64,000 nucleotides of DNA from Raja brachyura (taxonomy: Eukaryota): assembly GCA_963514005.1 (NCBI GenBank), contig OY740807.1, forward strand, positions 5,952,001-6,016,000, read 5' to 3'. A program made the translations under genes and the position numbers. The notes beneath the pieces are model-generated. The model saw nothing but the letters and a program-made list of their open reading frames with translations. It ran no database searches and had not been told where the DNA came from. Shown in pieces: positions 34,635-48,066 of the stretch. The first letter of the stretch is position 1. Every line of letters starts with the position of its first letter.

Positions 34635-36734
34635 GAGAGTCAGGGGAGAGGGAAACGAGAGATGTAGAGAGATATAGAACAAATGAATGAAAGATATGCA
34701 AAAATGTAACGATGATAAAGGAGACAGGCCATTGTTAGCTGTGAGCTAGGTGAAAATGAGTTACAGACAATGAGACTCAACAAGACAATATTGAAACTGG
34801 TACGACGACTTTGGTGGGGGGGGCGGGGGGCGGGGGGGTGGGGTACGGAGAGAGAGGGTTGCAAGGGTTACTTGAAGTTAGAGAAGGACGTTGAGGCAGG
34901 TACTATAATAACAGAACCTGGACAGGTACACAGAGAGGAAAGGATTAGAGGGATCTGGGCCAACAGTGGGACTAGAGTAGATGGGGCATCTTCGTCAGCA
35001 TGGACAGGATGGGCTGAATGGCCTATTTCCATGGTGTATCACTCTCTGATGTGAATGGAAATAGAAGCATAATGGAGAGGAGGCACGGACACAGGCGGAG
35101 GCCAGCACCACCCAAGCCTGCCCTGTTCAATATGATCTGTGCAGGCCTCGACACAGTGACACAGAGTGAACAGCTGTCCCCTCCCCCAGCTAACTATGAT
35201 CTATTCTACATTTTCCTTGATCTTAATCCCCTTTGATCTCTCGTTTTCACACCTTACCCTTCCATATCTCTGTGTCTCCCTCTCCCCTGACTCTCAGTCT
35301 GAAGAAGGGCCTCGACCAGAAACGTCGCCCATCCCTTCTCTCCAGGGACGTTGCCTGTCCCGCTGAGTTACTCCAGCACTTTGTGTCTGTCTCAGGTAGA
35401 TGAACGTTTTCTTGCCTCCACAGAAGCTGCCTGGCCTGCCGAGTCTTCCCAGTATTTTCTGTTTTTTAATTCCAGATTAGTGTCTTTTGCTGTGTTCTGC
35501 TTGCTGTGCTGCCGGCGTCCGGTTACACAACCCGTGGCACAAACACTGGCGGTCTGTGATTACATTGTTGTGATGTGACCTCTTTTGATTTGAGTTTGAG
35601 AATCCTGGTCACGTGGGACAATTGATTTATTAAACGTTTTATTGTTGACACACACAAGTCAGCTCCTTAGTTTGGAGATACAGCGTGGAAACCTTGGCAA
35701 CCATCAATGGGGCTGGTAGACCCGCTGCCTCACGGCACCAGGGACCCGGTTTCGATCCCGTCCTGGGGTGCTCTCTGTGTGGAGTTTGCACGTTCTCCCT
35801 GTGACCGCGTGGGTTTCCTCCAGGTGCTCTGGTTTCCTCCCACATCCCAAAGACGCGCGGGGTTTGTAGGTTTAATTTGCATCCATAAAATTGTCCCTTG
35901 TGTGAAAGTTCATATGTCATGGATACAGAATTAGTCCATTTGGTCCATCAAGTCTACTCAGCCATTATCTGACTTTAGTCTACATTGTCGACTCCACCAT
36001 TCAATCAATGCTGATCTATCTCTCCCTCTCAGACCCATTCTCTGACTTCTCCTCATAACCTTTGATGCCCGTACTAATCAAGAAACTGTCCATCTCCGCT
36101 GTAAAAACAACCAAACGCCTCCTCAGCGTCTGGCAATGAATTCCACAAATTCACCACCCTCTAAAGAAATTCCTCCTCATCTCCTTTTATACTGAAGCTC
36201 TGGCCTCTGGTTCTAGACGCTCCCACTAGTGGGAACATCCTCTCCACATACACTCTATCCATTCTTTTTACTCTTTGGTAAGTTTCAATTAGGTTCCCCC
36301 CTCATTCTTCTGAACTCCAGCGAGCACAGGCCCAGTGCCGTAAAACGCTCATCACCCATCCTTTTTCTCCAGAGATGCTGCGTGACCCACTGAGTTACTC
36401 CAGCACTTTGTATCTTGTCTTCAGTTTCCCCCTAGACACCAAACCGTTCCTAGTTTGTAGTTTGGTTTGTATGGTTGCAGAGCCCAGAGGTTGGGAAGAA
36501 GCAGCTCCTGAACCTGGAGGTCCACAGATTCACCACCCTCTGATTGAAGAAATTCCACCTCATCCCCTTCCTAAAGATAAGTGCAGGGAGTGGATGAGAA
36601 AGTGGGATAACATGGAACTAGAGTGAATGGACGATCAGTGGTGGGCACGGACTCAGTGGGCCGAAGAGCCTGTTTTGTACTGTATTTCTAAACTAAACTA
36701 TTCAGGGCATTAAACCGTACTTGATCATTTCTAG

Positions 36735-37030
36735 CGGCACGGTGGCGCAGCGGTAGAGTTGCTGCCTTACAGCGCCAGAGACCCGGGTTCAATCCTGACT
36801 TACGGGTGCTGTCTGTGTGGAGTCTGTACGTTCTACCCATGACCCGCGTGGGTTTTCCCCGGCTGCTCCAGTTTCCTCCCACACTCCAAAGACGTGCAGG
36901 TTTGAGGGTTAATTGGCTTTGGTATAAATGTAAATTGTCCCTAGTGTGTAGGGTAGCGTTAGTCTACGGGGATCGCTGGTCGGCACGGACTCGGTGGACA
37001 GAAGGGCCTGTATCTCTAAACTAAGCTAAA
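36735..37030 (+). mobile_element. tRNA-derived V-SINE (HE1-like), representative full-length copy
   Basis: A-box ggtggcgcagcgg, B-box ggttcaatcc, V-domain-like gtgtggagtctgtacgttct...ggtttcctcccacactccaaagac, CR1-like tail and (aaact)n. More than 20 further copies, e.g. about 2355-2780, 6770-7100, 8770-9075, 14720-14990, 17888-18085, 22665-22950, 28510-28795, 49458-49770, 50568-50820, 57280-57595, 58188-58486 and 63590-63882. Confidence 0.85.
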
Positions 37031-38489
37031 CTAGCAGTGTTGTCACCACGGTTGACTAACGGGAGGATTATACAATCATCTTCACTCTGGTTGTCTCCAG
37101 CACTCATTGTACAACCTCCACTGGCTCTGTTAATGACGAGACCATGGGCAGTACTGCAAGGCACCACCAGAGGGTGGTCTAGACCACATTTGTAAAGTGA
37201 TATTGTAGATGCAGCAACAATTAGAAACTGCGCAACAGATTGTTGACTCTATAACTGCGTACCCTTCATTGTCTTCACTAGATTACATGTATATTCCAGT
37301 GGTGCTGCTGGTAGAGTAGCTGTCTCACAGCGCCGGAGACCCGGGTTCGATCCTGACCTCGGGTGCTGTCTGTGTGGAGTTTGCACCTTCTCCCTGCGAC
37401 AACGTGGGTTTCCGGTTTGCTCCCACATCCCAAAGACGTGCGGGTCTGTGGGGTAATTAGCCTCTGTAATTTGCTCCTGTTGTGCTGGATGAACAAGTGG
37501 GACAACACAGAGCTAGTGTAAACGGGTGATCAATGGCATGGCCTTGAGATTGATCTGAACGCTAGTTTAGGTTTAGTTTATTGTCACGTGTAGCGAGGTA
37601 CAGTGAAAAGCTGTTGTTGCGTGCTAACCAGTCAGCGGAAAGGCAATACATGATTACAATCAAGCCATTTACAGCGTACAGATACATGATACGGGAATAA
37701 CGTTTAGTGCAAGGTAAAGCCAGCAAAGTGCGATCGAAAATAGGCTGAGGGTCATCAAAGAGTTAGATAGTAGTTCAGCACTGCTCTCTAATTTGTGCTA
37801 GGATGGTTCAGTCGCCTGATAACAGCTGGGAAGAAACTGACCCTGAATCTGGAGGTGTGCGTTTTCACACATACACCTTTTGCCTGATGGGAGAGGGGAG
37901 AAGAGGGAGTGACCGGGCTGTGACTCCTCCTCGATTACGCTGCTGGCCTTGCCGAGGCAGCGTGAGGTGTTTGGAGTCATTAGAAGGGTCTGGGCTGCGT
38001 CCCCAACTCGCTGCAATTTCTTGCGGTCTTGGATGGAGCTGTTGAGGTCCACGTTGATCTCTATTGTCACATGCACCAGTTAAGGTACCGTGATATTTGA
38101 GTTACCATGCAGCCATACAAGCAAAAAAAGAAGGCAATGCACAATAATTTTAACATGAACATCCACCACAGTGGAATCCACATTCCTCACTGTGATGGAA
38201 GGCAATAACGTTCAGGCATCTTCCTGCTCTGTCCACCTGTGGTGGTCGGGGCCTTGAACCCCCCGCACTGCCTCTGGCGACAGCTCGATGTTCAAGCCCT
38301 CGCGTTGGGATGATGGAGACTCTGGCATCGGGACGGATCGGAACACTGCATGTTTTTGATGCATCCCGATAAAATGCTTCCTACGGCGCCCTTGTAGAAG
38401 TTGGCGAGAGTTGCAGGGGACATGCTGAACTTCCTTTGCCTTCCAAGGAAGTAGAGTCGTTGGTGGGCCAAGAGGCCAGGCTGTAACTT

Positions 38490-39400
38490 TGTCAACACCA
38501 TTGTCAAATTTGCAGACGACACAACGGTGATCGGGCTGATCACCAACGGTGATGAAACAAACTATAGAGTGGAGGTGCAGAACCTGGCGGACTGGTGCTC
38601 ACGGAATAACTTGTCGCTAAACACCTCCAAGACCAAGGAGCTGATTATCGACTTCAGGAGGTCACAGAACGGGGAATACGCCCCAATCTCCATCTACGGC
38701 GACAGTGTGGAGAGTGTCCAGCTTCAAGTTTCTGGGCACTCACATCTCAGAGGACCTCACATGGTCCACCAACACCGCTGCGCTGGTCAAAAAGGCACAG
38801 CAACGACTGTTCTTCCTGAGAACATTGAAACGGACTGGTCTGCCCCAACAGCTGCTGACGACCTTCTACCGCTGCACCACAGAGAGCATACTAACGTATG
38901 GCATCTCAGTGTGGTATCTCAGCTGCATGGAGGCGGAGAGGAGAGCTCTTCAGCTCGTTGTCCATAGAGCGCAACAGATTATTGGGACACCGCTACCAGC
39001 CTTGGAGGGCATCTACCACACACGGTGCCTCAGGAAGGCCGTCAGCATCCATAAAGACTCCTCTCGCCCTTGTAATGGACTGTTTGAACCACTCCCTTCC
39101 AGCAGACGTTACAAGGCCTTCTACGCCCGCACTACCAGACTCAGGAACAGCTTCATTCAAGAGCTATAGCGGCTCTGAACCGGCCCTGCTGAGTGCCCCC
39201 CCCCCCCCCCCCCCATGGACTGTCTCCCTCGGTTTTGGTTTTGACTGTTCCACTGGTCTAATGTTCTCTTTACAAACCTTGTTCTCGGGCTATCTAAACC
39301 TAAATTGTATTAGTTGTTTAAGTTATGACATCGGATGGAAGTTGCAAACCAAATCTCGTTGCACTTATGTGTAATGGCAATAAAAGATATTATTATTATT
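38490..39400 (+). mobile_element. Rex1/Babar-type LINE 3' fragment
   Basis: [12 protein letters not shown]...LNTSKTKELIIDFRR, then (frameshifted) FKFLGTHISEDLTW...RLRNSF; ends with aataaa and (att)n. Confidence 0.85.
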
Positions 39401-41488
39401 ATCTCGGAACGAATATAAATTAGTTTTCATCAATGAAAATTTGACGCAACTCAATATGACTTGACATGTGACAACTGACTTGTGAATGCGATGAATGGTC
39501 GGTGGTGGACGGGCCGAATTGGCCTGTTTCCATGCTGCATCCCCCAGAGCAAACACAACATGTCTCAATGACACAGTCATTAGTCTTAAGGTCATAAGTG
39601 ATGGGAGCAGGATTAGGCCATTCGGCCCATCAAGTCTACTCCGCCATTCAATCATGGCTGATCTATCTCTCCCTCCTAACCCCATTCTCCTGCCTTCTTC
39701 CCATATCCCCTGATACCCGTACAAATCAAGAATCTATCAATCTCTGCCTTAAAAATATCCATTGACTTGGCCTCCACAGCCGCCTGTGGCAAAGAATTCC
39801 ATAGATTCACCGCCCTCTGACTAAAGAAATTCCTCCTCATCAACTTCCTAAAAGAACGTCCTTTAATTCTGAGGCTGTGATCTCTAGTCCTAGACTCTCC
39901 CACTAGTGGAAACATCCTCTCCACATCCACTCTGTCCAAGCCTTTTGCTATTGTGTATGTTCCAATGAGGTCCCACCTCATTCTTCTAAACTCCAGCGAG
40001 TACAGGCCCAGTTCCTCCCTTCAAATGCTCATCATATTATTATTCAGGGAGCCACTGTAATATAGAGAGCAGGATACATACGTGGGTGGTTGAGATGAAC
40101 AATTTACTGTCACTGAACTCGTTAACCTCATGAGTTGTGTCCATTGTTCTTTCAATTAAAGGAATATACATGCTAGGGACACGCCTCAGGGTTTAACGCA
40201 GGGCTTAAAATAAAATACAAAAGAGCTGGAATAACTGCTTTTCTCATTTAATCTTCATTGATCATATTATAGTGCAGCACAGGATCTGGCCCTTCGGCCC
40301 ACAATATGCTGAACACGATGCCAAGACCAACTCTTATCTACCTACACGGTAGAATTGCTGCCTTACAGCGCCAGAGACCCGGGTTCGATCCTGACTACGG
40401 GTGCTGCCTGAAAAAGAGATTCTCGCCAGGACCCCGTGGGTTTTTTCCGGGTGCTCCAGTTTCCTCCCACACTCCAAAGACGTGCAGGTTTGTAGGTTAA
40501 TTGTCTTGTCTTAAATTATAAATTGGCTCTAGACTCTAGGACACTGCTAGTGCACGGGTGATCGCTGGTCGGCACGGACTCGGCGGGCCGAAGGGCCTGC
40601 TTCTGTGCTATATCTTGAAATGAACCTAAGCTAAGATCCATATCCCTCCATATCAACGTGCCTTTCCAAAAGCCTTTTGAACGCCACTATCGTATCTCCA
40701 CCGCCACCTCCGGCACCGCGTTCCAGGCACTCGCCACCCTCTGTATGAAAAGACACTTGTGCCACACATCTCCTTTAAACTTTGCCCCGCTGGCCTGCTG
40801 AGTTACTCCAGCTCCCAGTGGCCAATACCTTAATGCATGGAGCCTTCTTCACCACTCTATCTACATGTGTAGCCACTGTCAGAGAGCTATGGACTTAAAA
40901 GAAGAAGGGTCTCGACCCGAAACCCTTAGATGCTGCTGCACCCGCTGAGTTTCTCCAGCCTTTTGTGTACCCTATAGATTTAAACTCCCAGCTCCCTCTG
41001 TACATCAATACTGTTGAGGGTCTTGCCATTAATTGTCCAGGTCCATTACTGATTTCTACCGGTGGATGGGCCCTCCATTAATCCAGACAAAATCCCCACG
41101 CGGAGGTCCCCCCGAAAATGTGGCCCCTAGTCCGGGCGAGGGGGCTGATCTCGGCTTCATCGGGACTTCAGCGGCCGATCGCCGGGCCGAATTTGCCCCA
41201 TGGCCAGGGCTCTGTAACTCCGGCCCGGCCAGAGCTGGCAGGTCCGTTCCCATGGGCGATTTTGTGGGCCAGTAACTCGGCCTCTCAAGCCCGTGACCTC
41301 TGTTGGTCCGGCAAAACGGATAATCCCGCAAGGCTCTGGAACCAAGGGTGCCGGAAAATACCCCTAATGGTTTTGTACCCCTCTATAAGATCACCCCTCA
41401 GCCCCCCTGCGCTCCAAGGAATAAAGTCCTAGCCAGCCCAACCTCCCCCGATAGCTCAGGCCCTTGAGTCCTAACTCCATCCAGGTAA

Positions 41489-41790
41489 TAGCCCTGTCCC
41501 ACTGTACGTGATCATTCCAAGAGCTCTCACGAGTAAAAAAAAATCAAACTTGTGGTAAGCACGGAGAATGAACGTAGCGGGTACGTCGGAGCTCGGGGAC
41601 GTCTCTTAGTGGCTCGTAACGCTAACGGCAGGTAAGCTCGAGAAGACTCGTGAAGATTTTTCAACATGATGAAAAATGTCCACGAGAGCCCCGGGTACCG
41701 ATGAGCGGCCATTACCGTAAATCTCCGAGTTTGAATCAGGGCAAACTCGGGAGAGCTCTTGGAATGAACTCGTGCCGTGGGACAGGGGTT
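41489..41790. mobile_element. PIF/Harbinger-type MITE (variant TIR)
   Basis: tagCCCTGTCCCAC ... GTGGGACAGGGGTT with TAA flanks. Confidence 0.7.
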
Positions 41791-41868
41791 TAATTGTTTC
41801 TCAAGTCCACTTCCCACACGGACAATGCACACAATTTGCAGCTCGATTGGTTCTTGACACAAAATACA

Positions 41869-41874
41869 TTTATT
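41869..41874 (-). terminator. Candidate poly(A) signal of the RAP1GAP2-like gene
   Basis: TTTATT on + (AATAAA on -) at the end of a unique, 3'UTR-like block (about 41800-42430). Confidence 0.5.
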
Positions 41875-43309
41875 ACTGTGCAATGCTACACAAAATGAGT
41901 CAGCAGCAAACAGAATGTACATACAGGAAATTCCGGATCCTCCAGTTTTTACATCACAACAAAATTAATTTTGCCAAAGTAGCAATAAATTAATTGTACA
42001 ATATTTACATCTGTGGATCAATCAGGCAGCTTTGTAAAGCCCAGCCGCTTGTTAACGGCTGTTCTACTCGCGATGTACATCTATCTGCACGTTTACCCAG
42101 CGGCCTTACACACTCCATATTAGCCCGGGCCAGAGGGTCAAGTCTCCGGAATCCCAAAAACACATTACAGCAGGATCGTGAACGGCCCTCGCCTCCTAAA
42201 CGCCCGTCCTGATGTGTGTGTGTGCGCGCGTGCGCGAGGGTAAACTAAATAACGAAAATAAAAAATGTTACAATGGGCAATTACCAAATGGCAGGGGCCC
42301 TTTGGCCACGCGGCAGGAGAAACTACAATCACATTTTATTTCTACATCACGCCGTTAAACCTGGCGAACGAGACCCAAGCCGCTTCACGAAACATAAAGC
42401 AGAACAAACAGTCGCGCAGCTGCACGGTCATGGATGGGCAGGAGAGGTTGGCGTGGGCATGGGCTGGGCAAGTGGCATGAGCTTGGCACGGCAACTGGGT
42501 CAGGATGAAGGTGCAAAGTGCAGGGGCTGAGGAGTACATGGTTGAAGGGGAGGGGAAGACGTGTGTGGTGGCGTAGAGTGATACAGTGGAAACAGGCCCT
42601 TCGGCCCAACTTGCCCATACCGGCCAACATGTCCCAGCTACTCTAGTCCCACCTGCCTGCGTTTGGTCCATATCCCTCCAAACCTGTCCTATCCATGTAT
42701 CCGTCTAATTGTTTCTTTAATGTTGGGATAGTCCCAGCCTCAACTACCTTGTTCCATACACCCACCACCTTATGCATGAAAATGTTACCCCTCAGATTCC
42801 TATTAAATCTTTTCCCCTTCACCTTCAGCTTGTGTCCTCTGGTCCTCGATTCACCTACTCTGGGCGAGAGACACTGTGCATCCACCCGATCTATTCCTCT
42901 CATGATTTTACACACATTATTAGTACAATAAGCATACAGCAAGTCAGTCACCTCAGTTTGAAACCCGCACACTCCCAACATCACCCACACATCTCAAACA
43001 TCGTGCGGGTTTGTAGGACAGAGACCGGGTTCGATCCTGACCTCGGGTGCTGTCTGTGTGGAGTTTGCACATTTTCTCTTTGACCGTGTGGGTTTTCTCC
43101 GGATGCTCTGGTTTCCTACCACGTCCCAAAGACGTGTGCAGGTAAATTGGCCTCCCTAAATTGCCCCTGGTGTATCGGGAGTGGGTGTAAAAATGGGATA
43201 ACATAGAACTAGGGTGAACAGGTGGTTGGCATGGACTCGATGGGTCGAAGGGCTGTAACTCTAAATTACATTAAAACAACCAATTGACAACTCTTTGGGA
43301 GAAAAAGGT

Positions 43310-45249
43310 TTTTCTCACCTCAGTTTTAAATGGCCTCCCCTTTATTCTTAGACTGTGGCCCCAACATTGAGAACATTTTTCCTGCATCTAGCTTGTCCAG
43401 ATCCCCTCTCATCCTTCTAAATTCCAGTGAATACAAGCCCAGTCTTTCCAATCTTTCATCACATGACAGTCCCGCCATCCTGGGCATTAACCTCGTGAAC
43501 CTACGCTGCACCCTCGATTGCAAGGATGTCCTTCCTCAAATTAGGAGACCAAAACTGCGCACAATACGTGGTCTCACCAGGGCCCTGTACAACTGCAGAA
43601 GGACCTCTTTACTCCAATACTCAAATCCACTTGTTAGCTCTCTTCTCTGCCTGCTGTACCTGCATGATTACTTTTAGTGACTGATGTACAAGGACACCCA
43701 GGTCTCGTTGCACTTCGCTTTTTCCTAATCTAACACCATTGAGATAATAATCTGCCTCATTGTTCTTGCCGCCAAAGTGGATAACCTCACATTTATCCAC
43801 ATTATTTGCCATGCATCTGCCCACTCACCCAACCTGTCCAAGTCACCCTGCAACCTCCTAGCATCCTCTTCGCATTTCACACTGCCACCCAGCTTTGTGT
43901 CATCTGCAAATTTGCTAGCGTTACTTTTAATTCCATCATCTAAATAATTAATATATATTGTAAATAGTTGCGGCCCCAGCACCGAGCCTTGCGGCACTCC
44001 ACTCGCCACTGCCTGCCATTCTGACAGGGACCTGTTAATTCCTACTCTTTGTTTCCTGTCTGCCAACCAATTTTCTATCCATGTCAACACCCTACCCCCA
44101 ATACCATGTGGTCTAATTTTGTCCACTAATCCCCTGTGCGGGACCTTATCAAAGCCTTTCTGAAAGTCTAGATACACTACATCCACTGGCACCCCTTCAT
44201 CCATTTTACTTGTCACATCCTCAAAAAATTCCAGAAGATTAGTCAAGCATGATTTCCCTTTCATAGATCCATACTGTCTTGGACTAATCCTTTTACTGCT
44301 ATCCAAATGCCCCATTATTACCTCTTTAATAATTGACTCCAGCATCTTCCCCACCACCGATGTCAGGCTAACTGGTCTGTAATTCCCTGTTTTCCCTCTC
44401 GCTCCTTTCTTGAAAAGTGGGATAACATTAGCTACCCTCCAATCCACAGGAATTGATCCTGAATCTATAGAACTTTGGAAGATGATCACCAATGCGTTCA
44501 CGATTTCTAGAGCCACCTCCTTGAATACCCTGGGATGCAGACCATCAGGCCCTGGGGATTTACCAGCCTTCAGTCCTATCAGTCTACCCAATACTATTTC
44601 TCACCTAATACAAATTTCTTTCAGTTCCTCTGTCTCACTAGATCCTCGGTCCTCTAGTACATCTGGGAGATTGTTTGTGTCTTCCTTAGTGAAGACAGAT
44701 CCGAAGTACCTGTTCAACTTCTCTGCCATTTCCTTGTTCTCCACAATAAATTCACCTGTTTCTGCCTTCAAGGGACCCACATTTGTCTTTACTAATCTTT
44801 TTCTCTTAACATACCTAAATAAGCTTTTACTGTCCTTCGTTATATTCTTGGCCAGCTAATCCGCGTACTTCATCTTTTCAGCCCGTATTGCCTTTTTTGT
44901 TTCCTTCTATGGTCATTTGAAAGTTTCCCAATCCTCCGGCTTCCGGCTACTCTTTGCAATGTTATACACCTATTATTTTAGTTTTATTCTATCCCTAACT
45001 TCTCTTGTCAGCCACGGTTGCCTCTTACTCCCCTAAGGATCTTTCTTCCTCTTTGGAATGAAATGATCCTGCATCTTCTGGATTATGCCCAGGAATTCCT
45101 GCCATTGGTATTCCATCGTCATTCCTGCTAGGATTCTTTTCCAGTCGACCTTGGCCAGCTCCTCTCTCATGCCTTCATAGTCCCCTTTGTTCAACTGCAA
45201 CACTGACACTTCTGATTTAACCTTCTCCCTCTCAAATTGCAGATTAAAG
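43310..45249 (-). mobile_element. CR1-clade LINE (HER1-like) fragment
   Basis: 288-aa RT ORF 43725-44591 (KSPGPDGLHPRV, GVPQGSVLGP, KFADDTKL) with frameshifted flanks. Confidence 0.93.
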
Positions 45250-45705
45250 GGAGGGGGAGGAGGCCAGAACAAATACACTCAGACCCTCATGGGCTACGGG
45301 ATCAGCTGGTTGCCGAACATTGTAACACTGACCTTTCGACCCGACCCGCTCCTTCTCCGCAGAGATGCTGCCTGTCCCGCTGAGTTATTCCGGCATTTTG
45401 TGTCTATCTTCGATGTAAACCAGCATCGGCAATTCCTTCCTAAACATTATTCCTTGCATACCCAAAAGCCTCTTAAACGCCACTATCGTATCTGCCTCCA
45501 CCACCACCCCCTGGCAATGTGTTTCAGACACTCACCAACCTCTGGGAAAAAAACAATTACCCCAGACATCCTCTTTAAACGTTCCTCCAGCATATTCTGT
45601 TTTTTTATTTTGTAAACCAGCATCTGCAGTTCCTTATTTCAACTTAGAACATGACAGCACTGATTGGGGTGTGAGCAGTAGGCAAGAGGTCTGGACCAAA
45701 GACCC

Positions 45706-46086
45706 TACAGCGAGCAAGATAGACCACTCGACGAAAAAGACGTAGTACGGTCATGGGCGGATTCATGGGGAATTTTCGGCCCCATTTCCGTAACCGGCTT
45801 CCGTCTCCGCACCAAAGATCCCGTAGCGGAGCAAAGATACCTAGTGCGGAGACGGAAGCCGGTCACGGAACCATCCTCGTAAAAATAAAAGTTCTTTGGT
45901 AAAAGTCTTCTCCTCATTTTCAGAATTATAATTTATTAACACAAACTGTTCCCCTGCAATGTTGATTACACTGCGAGTCGGATCGGGTTACTGAAGTGGA
46001 TGAAATAAAGGCCCACGTGCTGCTCCGTTGCGTGCTACACGTCAGCCCATTGCGTTTAGCAGGAGTGGTCTATCTTGCTCCGCTCT
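45706..46086. mobile_element. Unclassified MITE-like element with an internal hairpin
   Basis: Perfect 18-bp inverted repeat gagcaagatagaccactc (45712-45729 / 46063-46080) and a 27-bp internal stem (45786-45812 / 45844-45870). Confidence 0.6.
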
Positions 46087-46170
46087 GGTGCTAAGTTGGA
46101 GGGTAGGCAGCCATTATCAGAAGGCAATGCCTAGGCTTTGGTAATACAGTGGCTTCTCTCAGCCAAACCT

Positions 46171-46236
46171 CCAAAACCAAAGGCCCCAAAACCAAAGGCC
46201 CAAAAACCAAAGGCCCCAAAACCAAAGGCCCCAAAC
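46171..46236. repeat. 15-bp tandem repeat (ccaaaaccaaaggcc) x4
   Basis: Directly visible in the sequence. Confidence 0.9.
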
Positions 46237-46650
46237 AACCAGGAAGAGGTAGAAACAAAGAACTGCAGATGCTGGTTTACACCAAGGATGGACACAAAGT
46301 GCTGGAGTAACTCAGTGTCTGCATGGTCAGCATGGGGTTTGTGGGCCGAAGTGCCTGTTCCTGTGCTGTACTGTTCTGTGATAGACACAAGGTGCTGGAA
46401 TATGTCAGCGGGTCAGGCAGCATCTCTGGAATGAGGAAAGGAATAGGTGCCATTTTGGGGCGAGACCCTTCTTCAAGCTCTGGGGAAATGGAATGGGTGA
46501 TGTTTCACAAGTTCACAAGCTGGAGGAGTAGAATTAGGCCATTCGGCCCATCGAGTACTCCGCCATTCAATCATGGCTGATCTCTATCTGCCAATCCCAT
46601 TTTCCTGCCTTCTCCCCATAACCCCTAGACACCTATTTTAATCAAGAATT

Positions 46651-46848
46651 TGTGTAAGGAGGAACTGAAGATAAGACACAAAAAGCTGGAGTAACTCAGC
46701 GGGACGGGCAGCATCTCTGGATGTTCCCTCTCTGACATTCCGTCACCCATTCCTTCTCTCCAGAGATGCTGCCTGGCCCGCTGAGTTTCTCCAGCATTTT
46801 GTGGCTACCTTTCGATTTAAACCAGCATCTGCAGTTCTTTCCTACACA
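46651..46848. mobile_element. Palindromic Penelope-terminus unit inserted in a CR1 3' fragment
   Basis: Termini TGTGTA...TACACA, inverted arms, and flanking direct repeat tttaatca(a/t)gaatt(tg). Confidence 0.72.
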
Positions 46849-48033
46849 TTTAATCATGAATTTGTCTATCTCTGCCTCAAAAATATCTGCTGACGGCCTC
46901 CACAGCCGTCTGCAGCAATGAGTTCCACAGATTAACTACCCTCTGACTAAAGAAGTTCCTCCTCACCCCCTTTCGCAAAGAGCGCCCTTTAATTCTGGAG
47001 TCTCGGGTTGGCACCGTTCTTCAGAGCAGGAAGAAGGTGAAAGTGAAGATCATAAGGGCCACAAGTGATAGGAGTAGAATTAGGCCGTTCGGCCCATCGA
47101 ATCGTCCGCCATTCAATCATGGCTGATCTATCTCTCCCTCCTAACCCCATCCTCCTGCCTTCTCCCCATAACCTCTGACACCCGTACTAATCAAGAAATG
47201 ATCGTCTGATGACCTGATACAATCCTCTCACTCAGAATGTTCGGAGATGAACCCTGTTGGTCATTCTGGTGATGAATGTTTTACTGAAACCTGCAAAGCA
47301 AAGCCGCGGCCCGAGGCTGAGGAGGGCAGATTCTCCTTTGCACAACAAACACATTAAGCGGGAGGACAAACGAGACACAAGGCTGGTCCTCGTTAATCAG
47401 CAGTGTGGACAATTATGGCAGCTGGAAGATGACAGCGCAAGGTTGAGGCTCATGCTACATCTGCTGGGATTGTGGGGAGGGGGAGAGAGAGGGAGGGAGG
47501 GGAATGCGGGCGGCCACTGGCGTCTCCACATTGACGAGCAACCCCACCCCCGCCACCACGGAGCTTCTTGGAGATCGCTCGCGATTCGAGACGCTTCAAG
47601 ATCCATCCCATCGTAGTGCCGTCGCGCCAAGATCCATCGCGTCCGAAGTGCCGACCCCCCTATACAGACTCCGTGAAGGAAATCCGTGCAGTCCCAAGTT
47701 CCCAGAAAGAAAACCTGGATCCCAGAAGGTTACAAGAAAGCCAAGGTAAGCGTCGGAAAGATTGACGGTGACCCAGGCCACACATCCAATGCTATCTTCT
47801 ACTTGTACGTCTTGCAAGGTGCCGATGCCGGTGGATCAACACGCCCCCCCAAAGAGGCGTTGAGATGGTTTTCATTCTGCAGGTGAACGGCCAGGGCAAC
47901 TGGAACCCCTGCAAGGGCACCCCTGAGGCCCGTCGTCCCGACCGTCTCCGTCCACCCTGGGGTGCCTCAGATACGGGAGGGGTGGGTGCGGCGTACGATG
48001 TGGGTGGGGGTTGAGTGTCTGTGCCGGCTTCAG

Positions 48034-48066
48034 TTACATCTGCGGTGAAGGGTAAGGTCCCAGCAT
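48034..48066 (-). CDS. Candidate terminal coding exon start of the RAP1GAP2-like gene (MLGPYPSPQM*)
   Basis: Good acceptor ttctttgttgttgtcgcag| followed by mostly unique sequence; phase-0 compatible, but I recognise no homology. Confidence 0.3.
   Translation of the reverse strand: MLGPYPSPQM

Noticed and set aside
36735-36810. tRNA-like sequences with A and B boxes (many copies)
   Set aside because: Each continues into the V-SINE body and CR1-like tail, so these are SINE heads rather than tRNA genes.
46138-46434. ORF with KPKAP repeats (histone H1-like appearance)
   Set aside because: It arises from a 15-bp tandem repeat running into Penelope and LINE tail sequence; there is no splice or homology support.
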